A stretch of DNA of 32,000 nucleotides, from the NCBI RefSeq assembly GCF_000014265.1, contig NC_008312.1, positions 7,080,001-7,112,000 on the forward strand, given 5' to 3'. Under the pieces are notes generated by a model. The model searched no databases. It saw only the letters and a program-made list of their open reading frames with translations, and was not told the DNA's origin. Every line of letters starts with the position of its first letter. Positions within the stretch are counted from its first letter, which is position 1. Both the position numbers and the translations under genes were made by a program. Shown here piece by piece: positions 18,413 to 27,743 of the stretch. This stretch comes from Trichodesmium erythraeum IMS101. GTDB taxonomy: Bacteria; Cyanobacteriota; Cyanobacteriia; Cyanobacteriales; Microcoleaceae.

Positions 18413-18913
18413 TCACCAAAAATCAATTTTTTCAAATAATTGACGCCATTCTTTCACAGCAAATATAGGTACTACTATTTCAGCTATACTAGAATCTTGT
18501 AAAGATAAATGTAGTCGCAGTGGAGTATCATAATCTAAATTTTTCATGACCTCAAGAAAATTATATTCTGCAACATTAGGAGGAAAAGATGAGTCTAACA
18601 AAACATTATCTGCTTTCCATACCTTACCAGTGCCAGTCGTAATTTGCAATTTTTGGGAATTAGCTAATTTTATCATTCCAGGAAAACCTACTAGTCGTAA
18701 ATTTAAATTTTTTAATTGACCAGATTTGATTCTTTTGTATAATACTGCTTGCCATGCCCGGTCTGAAATATCTCGCAAACTTTGTTGAGAACGATACATT
18801 ATTTGTATAGAAGATTCAGGGTATTTATGAATAGAAGCTAGGGCATTCTGAGGATTAAATATTATTAAATATAGGGATAATATTAGGGTGAAAATTAAAG
18901 TAATTTTTCTCAT
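18413..18913 (-). CDS. secreted hypothetical protein (cyanobacterial DUF3122-like)
   Basis: 166 aa with a signal peptide (cleavage near ALA-S). RAWQAVLYK...LRLVGFPG...NVAEYNF resembles my recollection of the DUF3122 pattern. No catalytic motif is seen. Confidence 0.5.
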   Translation of the reverse strand: MRKITLIFTLILSLYLIIFNPQNALASIHKYPESSIQIMYRSQQSLRDISDRAWQAVLYKRIKSGQLKNLNLRLVGFPGMIKLANSQKLQITTGTGKVWKADNVLLDSSFPPNVAEYNFLEVMKNLDYDTPLRLHLSLQDSSIAEIVVPIFAVKEWRQLFEKIDFW

Positions 18914-19416
18914 TTTTTGATTAATTACTTGATAATAATTAAGGTTACAAGTTAACTAGCCCAAGGGGTTAAGTAAAAATTACAATTCAAAGTTAACCTA
19001 TTCAAAGGTTAAAATTTAAATTTGATATTTTCAGGGCTAAAAATTTTAATTAAAAGTGAAAATTTACCTATTTAAAATTTAAAAAATCTCCCCCTTTGTC
19101 TCCCATCAAAAGGTGGAAATTTAAAAGTTAAATCTTTAGGGTTCAAAGCTTTGGTGCTACAGTAATTTAAGTCTTTCATAGCAAATTTTTAAAGTCTAAA
19201 AAATGCTAAAATATCTATGCTTTAATACTTTTATATTTAATCAACAAGCCCTAAATAAAGTTTTTATTACAAACAAAAAGTAATAGATGTTTGGCTACGG
19301 AACATGAAAAATATATTTCCGACCAAGGAGGCTAGCTGAGGACTAAATGCTGATCATAGCCAATAACTTTCAATATTAAGAAACTTTTGAAAGATATTGG
19401 CTAAAACAAATTAATA

Positions 19417-20196
19417 CTAATGAGTTAATACTCGTTCTTCTAACTCCAATTCAAAACGTTCTCCTGGTTTGGGTTCGATAATTTTTGTTGCTAAATTACT
19501 TTTAACCAACTGAGACTGTATTTCTTTAATATTTCCTTTTTCTTTGAGGAAAAATATTAATAGTCCTTGAAAGTCTATATCGCCCCCTGCTGCTGTAGGT
19601 AGCATAATTTGAGGTTCTAACCATTGAGCTACTTGTAATGCACTTTCATTTCCTTTAATTATTGGCCCGACTAATGGTAAGTTCAAACTGATAACTGGGG
19701 AAATGACAACATCTACAGGTGCAAATTCTTTGATTTTTTCAGAATGGCTGCCATGGGGCTCATAATATATTGTGTTCCCAGTGCTCAGGTCTTTGAGAAT
19801 ATAACCATTTTCTACTAAAGTTGGGCCCACTAGTGAGCCGGGAACTGCTCTAATTTCAATGCTATTTTCAAAAGCATAGGTATGGCCATGCTCAAGTGTA
19901 ATTACTTGAGAGTAACCTAACTCTTGCACTACTTTTGCTGCGGCCGGAGAGGCAACAACAGGAATGTTTTTGTCTAGCTGCTTAAGAGTTTCTGGGTGAG
20001 CGTGGTCTTCTAGTCCTTGAGATAATACAATAAGGTCTACTTTTTCTGGAATATTACGGGGTGTGAGTCTTTCTCCTTTAAACAACCAAGATAGATTTCC
20101 GAAAACTAGGGGGCCAACGAGCCAAGGATCTATGAGTATTTGTTTACTTCTAATTTCAATTAGCCAGGAATTACTGTCTAACCAAGTTAAGTGCAT
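19417..20196 (-). CDS. MBL-fold metallo-hydrolase family protein
   Basis: 259 aa. The N-terminal beta-lactamase-fold pattern is LTWLDSNSWLIE...ILIDPWL, with the motif region SQGLEDHAHPE and later HG / EPHGSH histidines. Confidence 0.6.
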   Translation of the reverse strand: MHLTWLDSNSWLIEIRSKQILIDPWLVGPLVFGNLSWLFKGERLTPRNIPEKVDLIVLSQGLEDHAHPETLKQLDKNIPVVASPAAAKVVQELGYSQVITLEHGHTYAFENSIEIRAVPGSLVGPTLVENGYILKDLSTGNTIYYEPHGSHSEKIKEFAPVDVVISPVISLNLPLVGPIIKGNESALQVAQWLEPQIMLPTAAGGDIDFQGLLIFFLKEKGNIKEIQSQLVKSNLATKIIEPKPGERFELELEERVLTH

Positions 20197-20532
20197 AGTG
20201 TTTATATGAGTTACGCTTTATCATTATTATTGTAACGATTTATTACAAAGGCAGTAAGTAGGGGGGTTATGACAGGGGAAAATATTGGGTAATGATAATG
20301 AACAGAATAGTGGTTGATTTTTAATGCCTTTTAGGAAGTGATGGTTTTGTTATGAGTGCAAATAGATTTCCTAAATTAAAATCAAAGACTGTGGAGGTGT
20401 GAATAATTTACTAAGATGTATATTTTGTTCTCCATATTTAAGGCGGGTATTTAACTAATGTTGAGTTCAAAATTATTAATTTTAACTTGGCTAAAGGGAA
20501 GAAAAAGGTGATTTTATTTGTACTAATTATTG

Positions 20533-20602
20533 AATAGCTAATGTTTAATAGCTAATATTTAATAACTAATATTTAATAACTAATATTGAATCACTAAAGT
20601 TT
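20533..20602. repeat. 14-bp AT-rich tandem repeat, about 5 copies
   Basis: AATAGCTAATGTTT, AATAGCTAATATTT, AATAACTAATATTT, AATAACTAATATTG, AATCACTAAAGTTT, read directly. Confidence 0.7.
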
Positions 20603-20680
20603 GATAAAAAGTTAACATTAATGTATTCAAGTTTGTATAAGTCACCTTTGAGAGGGTAGCTAATAATAACAGGTATAACC

Positions 20681-20788
20681 CAACACAGTTCAGTTGAGAT
20701 CAGAGCAAAACTCTTGTAGTGTGGAAGCATGAGATCAGCTTTTCAAATTACAAAACTACAAAAAAAAATCTTTAACTGAACCATATTG
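20681..20788. repeat. MITE-like ~100-bp element, copy B
   Basis: The left end is CAACACAGTTCAGTTGAG. Internal AAACTCTTGTAG follows. The right end is CAAAAAAAAATCTTTAACTGAACCATATTG. It is collinear with 8059-8160 and lies 20 nt downstream of the hemC stop. Confidence 0.5.
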
Positions 20789-20808
20789 TTTTATGGATAA
20801 CTTCAAAA

Positions 20809-21771
20809 TTAACTACGGTTAATTTCTGCTAAAATTTGATCTAAGATTTCTTGGGCGCCTTGTTTTCTTAGTTTTTGAGCTAATTCGATGCCTATTTGTT
20901 CTGCATCAGCAGTGGCTCCAGTTACAATATCCTTAACTAATTTCTTACCATCTAAACTAGCGACTAAACCAGTTAAAGTTAGTTGTTCTCCTTCTATTTG
21001 GGTGTTAACACCAATGGGAACTTGACAGCCTCCTTCTAATTCTCTCAGAAAAGCACGTTCGGCATAACATCTCTGAGCAGTGGCAGTATGTTCCAGACTT
21101 TTCAATAAATTGAGAATATTATTATCTCCGGCACGACATTCTATTCCTAAAGCACCTTGTCCAACGGCATGAAGAGAAATTTCTGGAGGTATAATTTGAT
21201 GAATGCGATCGCTCATCCCCAACCTATGCAAACCAGCAAAAGCCAATATTAGAGCATCATACTCACCAGCATCTAATTTTGCTAGTCTAGTATTCAGGTT
21301 ACCACGAACATCTTTAAATTCTAAGTGAGGGAAGTGGTAGCGCAGTTGTGCTAAACGTCTTAGGGAAGAGGTACCAATGACAGCACCTTCTGGTAAAGTC
21401 TCAAGTTGTTTATCTTTTAATTTTTCATGGAGGACTAAAGCATCTGCAGGGTTTTCCCGTTCGGTGACGCAACCGAGAATTAGACCTTCTGGTAAGTTTG
21501 TGGGTAAGTCTTTTAAGGAATGAACTGCTAGGTCAGTTTCATTTTGCAGCATTCCTAATTCTAGTTCTTTAGTAAAAAGCCCTTTATCTCCTATTTTTGC
21601 TAAAGCTACATCTAGAATTTTATCTCCTTGGGTAGACATTTTGTGGACTTCAAATGTAATATTTGGGAAATTTTTTTCAAGTTTTTCTTGGACCCAGTAG
21701 GTTTGAATTAAGGCGAGTTGACTTTTGCGTGAACCGATCCGAATGGTAGGAGTAGAGGCAGATATTGTCAT
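20809..21771 (-). CDS. hemC: hydroxymethylbilane synthase (porphobilinogen deaminase)
   Basis: 320 aa. [49 protein letters not shown] and [17 protein letters not shown] are canonical HemC. Confidence 0.92.
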   Translation of the reverse strand: MTISASTPTIRIGSRKSQLALIQTYWVQEKLEKNFPNITFEVHKMSTQGDKILDVALAKIGDKGLFTKELELGMLQNETDLAVHSLKDLPTNLPEGLILGCVTERENPADALVLHEKLKDKQLETLPEGAVIGTSSLRRLAQLRYHFPHLEFKDVRGNLNTRLAKLDAGEYDALILAFAGLHRLGMSDRIHQIIPPEISLHAVGQGALGIECRAGDNNILNLLKSLEHTATAQRCYAERAFLRELEGGCQVPIGVNTQIEGEQLTLTGLVASLDGKKLVKDIVTGATADAEQIGIELAQKLRKQGAQEILDQILAEINRS

Positions 21772-21868
21772 ATCTTAATGTTGAAATAAATAAGTTTGAT
21801 TGTTCTTTCTAGACTACCTTAAATTGAGGCTTAAATATTTGAAATCAAAAGTCAAAAGTTAAAAGCTA

Positions 21869-22599
21869 ATGTTGGAAGGAAGACTAAAAAAACGAATGTC
21901 ATAAACCCAGGAATTCTGATTTACCTAAAGATTTACCTTCTGAGTCTACAGCCTTTTGCCATTACAAACAGTGGGGTTATCAAGGAATTATAGAGAAGAT
22001 TCCAGACCTTTTGCATGGCCAAGTATCCCAATAGGTAAAAAAAACCAAATGGGCAACTCTTATGATCGTCGCTCCAGAGGCAGTGAAAAATACTTGTAAT
22101 GCTAGTGTAGACTCTAAAGGTTTTTGTTTTTACGAGGCCACTAACAGAATTAAGAGACATAAGGCGATGGATGGTCTCGGTTTTCCCTTTTTTGCCCATT
22201 GTACAAAAGGATCCGTTTCTGATGAAGGACGGGCTATTGAAATGTTATAAGACAACATTGATTACTTTAAATCTAAATCAGTTAACATTGCTAAAGTTAC
22301 TATGGCGAGTTGACAATGGATACCACCCCGAAAAGGTAATAGAAAAGAAAATTTATCCGGCATATATTTGACCAAAATTCGGTTTTAACTATTCCTATTA
22401 CCATCAAAGTTGGAGAAAGAAAATTTGGGAAAAACAGGTTAAGTTTGCGTTAAAGTTAGATGGGCCAATAAATGAAGCAACTCCTGGATGGAAAGATGTT
22501 GAAATAACCAAAAACTTTGAAAGGACTCTTAATAAAGCTACAACCAAGATTAATCTGTGTTTGATCCGACTGATGCTTAAGAGGTTGGGGACCCCATAG
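21869..22599 (+). pseudogene. IS5-family (DDE) transposase relic with internal deletion, stops and frameshifts
   Basis: The pieces are MLEGRLKKRMS*; RNSDLPKDLPSESTAFCHYKQWGYQGIIEKIPDLLHGQVSQ*VKKTKWATLMIVAPEAVKNTCNASVDSKGFCFYEATNRIKRHKAMDGLGFPFFAHCTKGSVSDEGRAIEML*; and, in other frames, SNSWMERC* and FERTLNKATTKINLCLIRLMLKRLGTP*, with stop 22597-22599. Confidence 0.75.
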
Positions 22600-22602
22600 A
22601 TA

Positions 22603-22720
22603 CCTGTAGGGGTTCTATATATAGTAGTCCTAAATAGGTTGCGACCAATCAAAAGTAAATAAAACTGTTAAAACTCTTACCTACTCTCTGTTCCCTTTTC
22701 CCTGTTCCTTAAAAAGCAGT
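22603..22720 (+). repeat. ~118-bp repeat module, copy 1 (immediately after the IS5 relic)
   Basis: CTGTAGGGGTTCTATATATAGTAGTCCTAAATAGGTTGCGACCAATCAAAAGTAAATAAAACTGTTAAAACTCTTACCTACTCTCTGTTCCCTTTTCCCTGTTCCTTAAAAAGCAGT. It ends in heptamer-like CTGTTCC repeats. Confidence 0.7.
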
Positions 22721-22855
22721 ATGATTTTTGCTACGAACACTAATCTAGAAAATTTCAAAAAAATAATCGGGACAGGGCAAAAAAATTACTCTTAAGAAAA
22801 AACAAAGAAGAAATAACTTGTATACAATGCCTGGTAAATTAGGAAGTGATTTTTA

Positions 22856-23027
22856 AAACGTATGTAGGGTATGTAAAAGTCCTAGATAAGTTGCGAAAAA
22901 TCAAAAAGTAAACGTATGTAGGGTATGTAAAAGTCCTAGATAAGTTGCGAAAAATCAAAAAGTAAATAAAACTGTTAAAACTCTTACCTATTTTCTATCC
23001 CCTGTTCCCTGTTCCCTAAAAAGCAGT
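22856..23027 (+). repeat. repeat module, copy 2, with an exact 54-bp internal tandem duplication
   Basis: Units 22856-22909 and 22910-22963 are identical (AAACGTATGTAGGGTATGTAAAAGTCCTAGATAAGTTGCGAAAAATCAAAAAGT). They are followed by AAATAAAACTGTTAAAACTCTTACCTATTTTCTATCCCCTGTTCCCTGTTCCCTAAAAAGCAGT, which is collinear with copy 1. Confidence 0.8.
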
Positions 23028-23137
23028 CGTCCAAAATTGGATTATTACATACCAAACTATTGCTTCTCTACTCTATGAAAAATACCAAGTAGTTGAATAA
23101 GGAACTAACTAACAGATCTTTTTATTCTTTCTGACAA

Positions 23138-23908
23138 ATGACAATTAACACAGTCAAAGAACTTAACTTTTCGACAACTTATATACAGGCGAAGTACGTG
23201 AAAAATGTGGAAAACTATCACATTCATAACCGAACTATCGTCATCAACCCCGAAGAGACAGATGCTTACCTTGAAGAAACTGATGCTTTCTTCAAGAGAA
23301 AAGTTAAAGGCATTGAAAAACATAAAAGCATTATTCCAGCTTTCTCGTCGACTATTCTCAATGATATAGTCGTTGAAAGAGCAAAATCTCTACTTTTGCT
23401 TGAAGTAATAAAGACGAGAAACATTGCTAAGATTATTTTTGAAGAAGGGTGGGCTTTATTGGGCAATTCCCCTGATTCTGACTTTCCTAAAGATGTACCC
23501 CTTTGGAAATCTCCCCAATATACAGCAGGTAGGATATCAGTAGATCCATTCTTTTTGACAAGGCAATCACCACATCCAACTACTCAAGAAGATTTTACTC
23601 TTAAAGTAAACCTATGGTATGCTCCTTCCCATACTGATTGTCTTATTCATGATGAACATGACTTTTTGGAAATTCATACACAAATCTTTGGACAGGGACG
23701 GATGCAAAAGTTCAAAGATCACAGTTTTGATAGTCTCTATGAAGATCTGCTGATGACTGAGGGATACACTCAAATTGTTGCCTTTTGTCAAATCAATGCG
23801 CAAGGAGAATATATTTATCCCTGGCATCAGTATTATTCAGAGACTGATTGCATCTGGATGGCGATCGAATATCATCCTGTGGCTAGAGAATTGTCCAGTC
23901 CAAACTAA
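23138..23908 (+). CDS. hypothetical protein with a C-terminal cupin-like motif
   Basis: 256 aa. CLIHDEHDFLEIHTQIFGQGRMQKF fits the cupin motif 1 style (H-x-x-H...E...G). YPWHQYYSETDCIWMAIEYH is a possible motif 2. It lies 138 nt upstream of the GH31 gene on the same strand. I cannot assign a family from sequence alone. Confidence 0.5.
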   Translation: MTINTVKELNFSTTYIQAKYVKNVENYHIHNRTIVINPEETDAYLEETDAFFKRKVKGIEKHKSIIPAFSSTILNDIVVERAKSLLLLEVIKTRNIAKIIFEEGWALLGNSPDSDFPKDVPLWKSPQYTAGRISVDPFFLTRQSPHPTTQEDFTLKVNLWYAPSHTDCLIHDEHDFLEIHTQIFGQGRMQKFKDHSFDSLYEDLLMTEGYTQIVAFCQINAQGEYIYPWHQYYSETDCIWMAIEYHPVARELSSPN

Positions 23909-24046
23909 CCTTAAGAAGAATATAACTTACGCAGTAACACTAAAATTATATAGTGTACTTTGAGTTATGACTTTTGTTAACGCAAAACTCTATCAAGTTA
24001 AGTCAGATTTGCAATTTCAGTTGTCAAAAATTCAAGGAGTAAAACA

Positions 24047-27000
24047 ATGCCGAGTGAAATTTTTAAAAGTGATCGCCTCTATAAATTTATCAAAGTCGAA
24101 GAATACTTCGATCACTACCAAGAATGGGATAAACTGGGACCTGCAAAAAATCCTGTGTTCGACGGGAAGTACACTTTAAGCCTTACCTTTGATAAGGCCG
24201 GCGGAGGTGAGTGCTCAATGTTGCTTGAGATCACTCAGAACGATGTCTTACGGATGCGCTTTAACCCCAACAAAAAATTAGCAGGGGATTATGCAAGGGG
24301 CACTCGCGTGGATAATGATGAAACAGATGAAGAGATCAAAAGGAATAATCAACGTACTGTAACTTACAGACAAGTTAAGGATATTAAGTTAGGAGATCAG
24401 GTTATATTGACGGCAAAAAGCAATTATAACCAGGTTGGTCGTAATACACCCTTCAATATGGAAGTAGTGATCACTTTAAATCCATTTGGTATCAAAGTAT
24501 TCAACAAGTCCGAATCGAATTCAGAGTATGCCAATATTCCTGTCTGGGAAACCGCAAACACTTCAATTTACTATACCGCTAATGGCACAGATGATTATGC
24601 CATCATTCAGTCGGTCAAGAAGTCGGCCGATGCCAAATATATTGGTTTTGGGGAACAGGGGGGAACTAAACTCAGCAAAAATATGGATCAGTTGAATTAT
24701 TTCAACTTTGATAATATGCGCTATCGACAGGTCTATAATCGTGGACCTTTAGATAACCGCGAACCTCTTTACCACTCTGAGCCTTTCTTTTATGAGTTCA
24801 ATGGCGTTCCTGGTAGCGACAATGTTAATGCAGTTCTAGTGGATAACCCAAGTCAAGTATTCATGGACATAGGCTATAGTAATTCTGGTCGCTATATGTT
24901 TGGGACTCGCTTTGGTGATCTTGACTATTATGTGTTTTTTGGAGAAGACCCGAAGAATATTTTAGATAGCTATACGGCCGTGATCGGTCGCCCAGAGTTG
25001 AAACCGCGCTATGCTTTGGGATATCACCAAGGTTGCTATGGATACGAAAAGCGGAGTGACTTAGAATGGGTTGTGGCGCGATATCGGGATTGGGGTATAC
25101 CCATTGATGGTCTCGCTGTTGATGTTGACTTACAAGCAAATTATCGGACTTTTACTATCAACATCAATAATTTCTGGGAACCAGATAAAATGTTTGATAA
25201 CTTGCGAAAGCAGGGGATAAAATGCTGTACGAACATTACTCCCGTGATCAGCAGTCAAGATAAGCTTGGCAAGACAGATTATGACTACTCAACCTACGTT
25301 GAGGGAAAGAATAACAACTACTTTGTTGTTGATAAGCGCTACGATCCATATAATCCAATTAGTAAAGAGTATCAGATCTATAATGGGGGTATTGAAGATC
25401 GTTCCAACAAAGATGATAATTCCGATCCCGAAGGGTTTGATAGTAGTGAGCCTTACATTGGCGAAGTATATTACGGCAAGGATGCCAATGGTAAAGAGCT
25501 GGGAAGCCCTGGTCATTATCCTGATTTAGGCCGTCAAGAAGTACGCGAATGGTGGGGCAAGCAATATCAATATCTGTATGAAATGGGACTAGAATTTGTC
25601 TGGCAGGATATGACTACCCCAGCTATCCGTGACTTCCGTGGGGATATGAAAGGTTTCCCCTTCCGTCTGTATGTGACTGACGACTTCTATCCCTCGGATG
25701 TCAAACTAACCCCAGCTCTGAAAGTTTGGAATTTGTATTCATACAATTTGCACAAAGCCACCTACGAAGGACTCAATAACCTGTACAAACTATCCAAAGG
25801 ACTAGAGTGGCGCGAAAACAAGCGCAACTATATCATCGGACGAGGGAGTTTTTCTGGTTCTCACAGATATTCTGGTTTATGGACTGGGGATAACTCTTCC
25901 GAATGGGCTTTTCTTCAGATGAATATCTCTCAGGTTCTGTCTCTAGGCATGAACGCTTTGGCAGTTACCGGGCAAGATATCGGAGGTTTCGAGCAAGAAT
26001 ATGGTAACGACAAACAGCAGTGGGCGAGTCCGGAACTGGTAATTCGCTGGACTGCTGCAGGTGCCTTCTTACCATGGTTCCGTAACCACTATGTCCGTAA
26101 GGGTCGTAAAGAATTCCAAGAACCATTCCAATATATAGAGTGGTTTGAGACATGGAACAAGCCAATTCCCGAGCCCCAGGACTTGTACAGGATGGTGCCA
26201 GAGATTTGTAAGCATTATATTGAATTGCGCTACCGTCTGATGCAGTTATTCTACGACACATTGTTTGAGAACACTCTGGATGGTCTGCCTATCTGTCGTC
26301 CTTTGTTCCTCAACGATCCCCAGGACAAGTCTCTTTACAATGATAAAGACGAATTTTTAAACAACGAATTTTTCGTAGGCAAGGATTTTCTCGTTGCTCC
26401 GGTATTGCTTCCTCAGAGTGAAACCAATGGTGGCAAGCGGGATATCTATTTACCTAAGCCTAGCTACTGGTACAACTTTGTCAACAACGTTATGCCTCTT
26501 AATAATGCTTTGGAAGGGGGAACAACGATACGAGATTTTGATGCTAATATCAATACTCGTGACCAGCACATTAACTTTATTGTACCCATCTACGTTCGCT
26601 CGGCAGCAATTATTCCCACAATTGAGTTGGAACAATATGTGGGAGAAAAGAACGCCAAAGGAGAAAAAAATCCTATTACCCTGAATATCTATCCAGACTA
26701 TCAGAAGGAGAATGGAGGAGAATACCACATGTACTTGGATGATGGGGAGAGCCGTTCTTCTGCCCCGAAATCACAAGTGGACGATCCCAAGGCAAACGAC
26801 GAATATCGCGAGATTTTGATTACTAATAAATACACTGGGGAAAAGACCAGAGAGATTAAAGTTAATCGTGTTCACGATGGATATACGCCTATGGAAGACT
26901 TTTTCTTTGTGGCAATATTGCACGATCCTACTGAACAAAAGGGAGAACACGGCCCTTTGCAGGAGGTGACTATGGAAGGTAAACCGCAACAGATGGTTAG

Positions 27001-27124
27001 TGACAATGGTGCCCTCTGGGGTAGCCCTAACAACGCATGGTACTATAATGCAGACATCAATATCAGTTTTATCAAGGTGTTTGATAATATGCCTAAGACA
27101 ACTATCATGTTAGGTTATGTCTAA
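24047..27124 (+). CDS. glycoside hydrolase family 31 protein, alpha-1,4-glucan-lyase-like variant
   Basis: 1025 aa. The GH31 blocks are GLEFVWQDMTTPA (nucleophile Asp block, with T-T-P where hydrolases have N-E-P), GRGSFSGSHRYSGLWTGDNSSEW, GQDIGGF (acid/base Asp) and FLPWFRNH. Confidence 0.8.
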   Translation: MPSEIFKSDRLYKFIKVEEYFDHYQEWDKLGPAKNPVFDGKYTLSLTFDKAGGGECSMLLEITQNDVLRMRFNPNKKLAGDYARGTRVDNDETDEEIKRNNQRTVTYRQVKDIKLGDQVILTAKSNYNQVGRNTPFNMEVVITLNPFGIKVFNKSESNSEYANIPVWETANTSIYYTANGTDDYAIIQSVKKSADAKYIGFGEQGGTKLSKNMDQLNYFNFDNMRYRQVYNRGPLDNREPLYHSEPFFYEFNGVPGSDNVNAVLVDNPSQVFMDIGYSNSGRYMFGTRFGDLDYYVFFGEDPKNILDSYTAVIGRPELKPRYALGYHQGCYGYEKRSDLEWVVARYRDWGIPIDGLAVDVDLQANYRTFTININNFWEPDKMFDNLRKQGIKCCTNITPVISSQDKLGKTDYDYSTYVEGKNNNYFVVDKRYDPYNPISKEYQIYNGGIEDRSNKDDNSDPEGFDSSEPYIGEVYYGKDANGKELGSPGHYPDLGRQEVREWWGKQYQYLYEMGLEFVWQDMTTPAIRDFRGDMKGFPFRLYVTDDFYPSDVKLTPALKVWNLYSYNLHKATYEGLNNLYKLSKGLEWRENKRNYIIGRGSFSGSHRYSGLWTGDNSSEWAFLQMNISQVLSLGMNALAVTGQDIGGFEQEYGNDKQQWASPELVIRWTAAGAFLPWFRNHYVRKGRKEFQEPFQYIEWFETWNKPIPEPQDLYRMVPEICKHYIELRYRLMQLFYDTLFENTLDGLPICRPLFLNDPQDKSLYNDKDEFLNNEFFVGKDFLVAPVLLPQSETNGGKRDIYLPKPSYWYNFVNNVMPLNNALEGGTTIRDFDANINTRDQHINFIVPIYVRSAAIIPTIELEQYVGEKNAKGEKNPITLNIYPDYQKENGGEYHMYLDDGESRSSAPKSQVDDPKANDEYREILITNKYTGEKTREIKVNRVHDGYTPMEDFFFVAILHDPTEQKGEHGPLQEVTMEGKPQQMVSDNGALWGSPNNAWYYNADINISFIKVFDNMPKTTIMLGYV

Positions 27125-27297
27125 GTTACCGATAAGTTTGACGGAAAATCTTTGAATACCAAGCACTATAGTCTGATTTTGATGGTTAAGTTGTGTAAGT
27201 TCCAATAGGGATTTTTTGACTTTGTGTACTTAAAGTTGTCTATGATCATTACGTTTTGAGCTGGTTAATTTAAATATATAAGTAGTCAACATAGGTT

Positions 27298-27336
27298 GGG
27301 GGTGAGTGTAAACTATCTGCGTTTGCACTCACCCCC
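27298..27336 (+). terminator. strong stem-loop downstream of the GH31 gene
   Basis: GGGGGTGAGTGTAAAC-TATCTGC-GTTTGCACTCACCCCC gives a 16-bp stem with one G-U pair and a 7-nt loop. It is followed by a T-rich tract, TTCTATTATC. Confidence 0.6.
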
Positions 27337-27743
27337 TTCTATTATCAATAAGTTTTATCTACTGCTTGAATTTTTATTCAATTCTATTTACTGCTTCATA
27401 AAACTGATATAATATTAGGTTTGGTAGAATTAGCTTTGGTATAATTAGATTGCTAATTACGACTCAGGAGCCGGGAGTTATAGGAGTTAACAATTCAGTC
27501 AATATTTATACTTAAGGTTTCCCTGAGAAAAGAAAGGCAGAGGGCAGAATGTTTTTTCTTATTTGGCTTCATTTTGGGGCAGAAAGGGGGGCTTTTGGGA
27601 TAAAGGAGGAGCTTAAATTGTTAATGGATGACTTCTGTGAAAGGGTATAAGTCTTATCTATATAATTTGCTTATGACTAAAAAAATTAGGTTGATGGCCC
27701 TCTGCTGTTACTAACAACTAATTACTAATAATTATTGATAATT

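Noticed and set aside
21798-22650. Possible terminal inverted repeats of the IS5 relic (GATTGTTCTTTCTAGACTAC versus the reverse complement of GTAGTCCTAAATAGGTTGCGACCAATC).
   Set aside because: Only the outer 5-7 nt at each end agree. The left candidate would sit 27 nt from the hemC start. This is not convincing without an intact reference copy.
21933-22652. Track ORFs at 21933-22199 (-), 22171-22371 (+) and 22404-22652 (-) as separate genes.
   Set aside because: They lie over the IS5-family transposase relic, whose plus-strand fragments explain the region. The 62-aa plus ORF at 22062-22250 is itself one fragment of that pseudogene.
23775-24179. A 62-aa ORF (23775-23963) and a 70-aa ORF (23967-24179) between the cupin-like and GH31 genes.
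   Set aside because: Both overlap the ends of the flanking genes out of frame and have no motifs. ATG 24047 gives a sensible GH31 N-terminus.
24486-26989. Eight nested 69-98-aa ORFs on both strands inside the GH31 gene. Similar nested ORFs occur at 1071-1289, 3320-3514, 5550-5780, 9994-10293, 10843-11173, 13790-14002, 23105-23323, 23266-23466, 23612-23827 and 28980-29526.
   Set aside because: They lie entirely within longer ORFs that have clear family signatures. Their translations are low-complexity, so they are shadow ORFs.
24047-27124. Higher GC of the GH31 gene (about 43-53 percent in three sampled lines) as evidence of horizontal transfer.
   Set aside because: A sampled hemC line is also about 45 percent GC, so coding-versus-spacer contrast explains much of it. 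This needs a proper windowed GC and codon-usage computation.
27537-27705. A GC-rich 9-bp inverted repeat (GCAGAGGGC at 27537-27545 and GCCCTCTGC at 27697-27705) in the leader of the caspase-STAND gene.
   Set aside because: It is too short and too far apart (151 nt) to call a structure or operator without covariation or transcript data.
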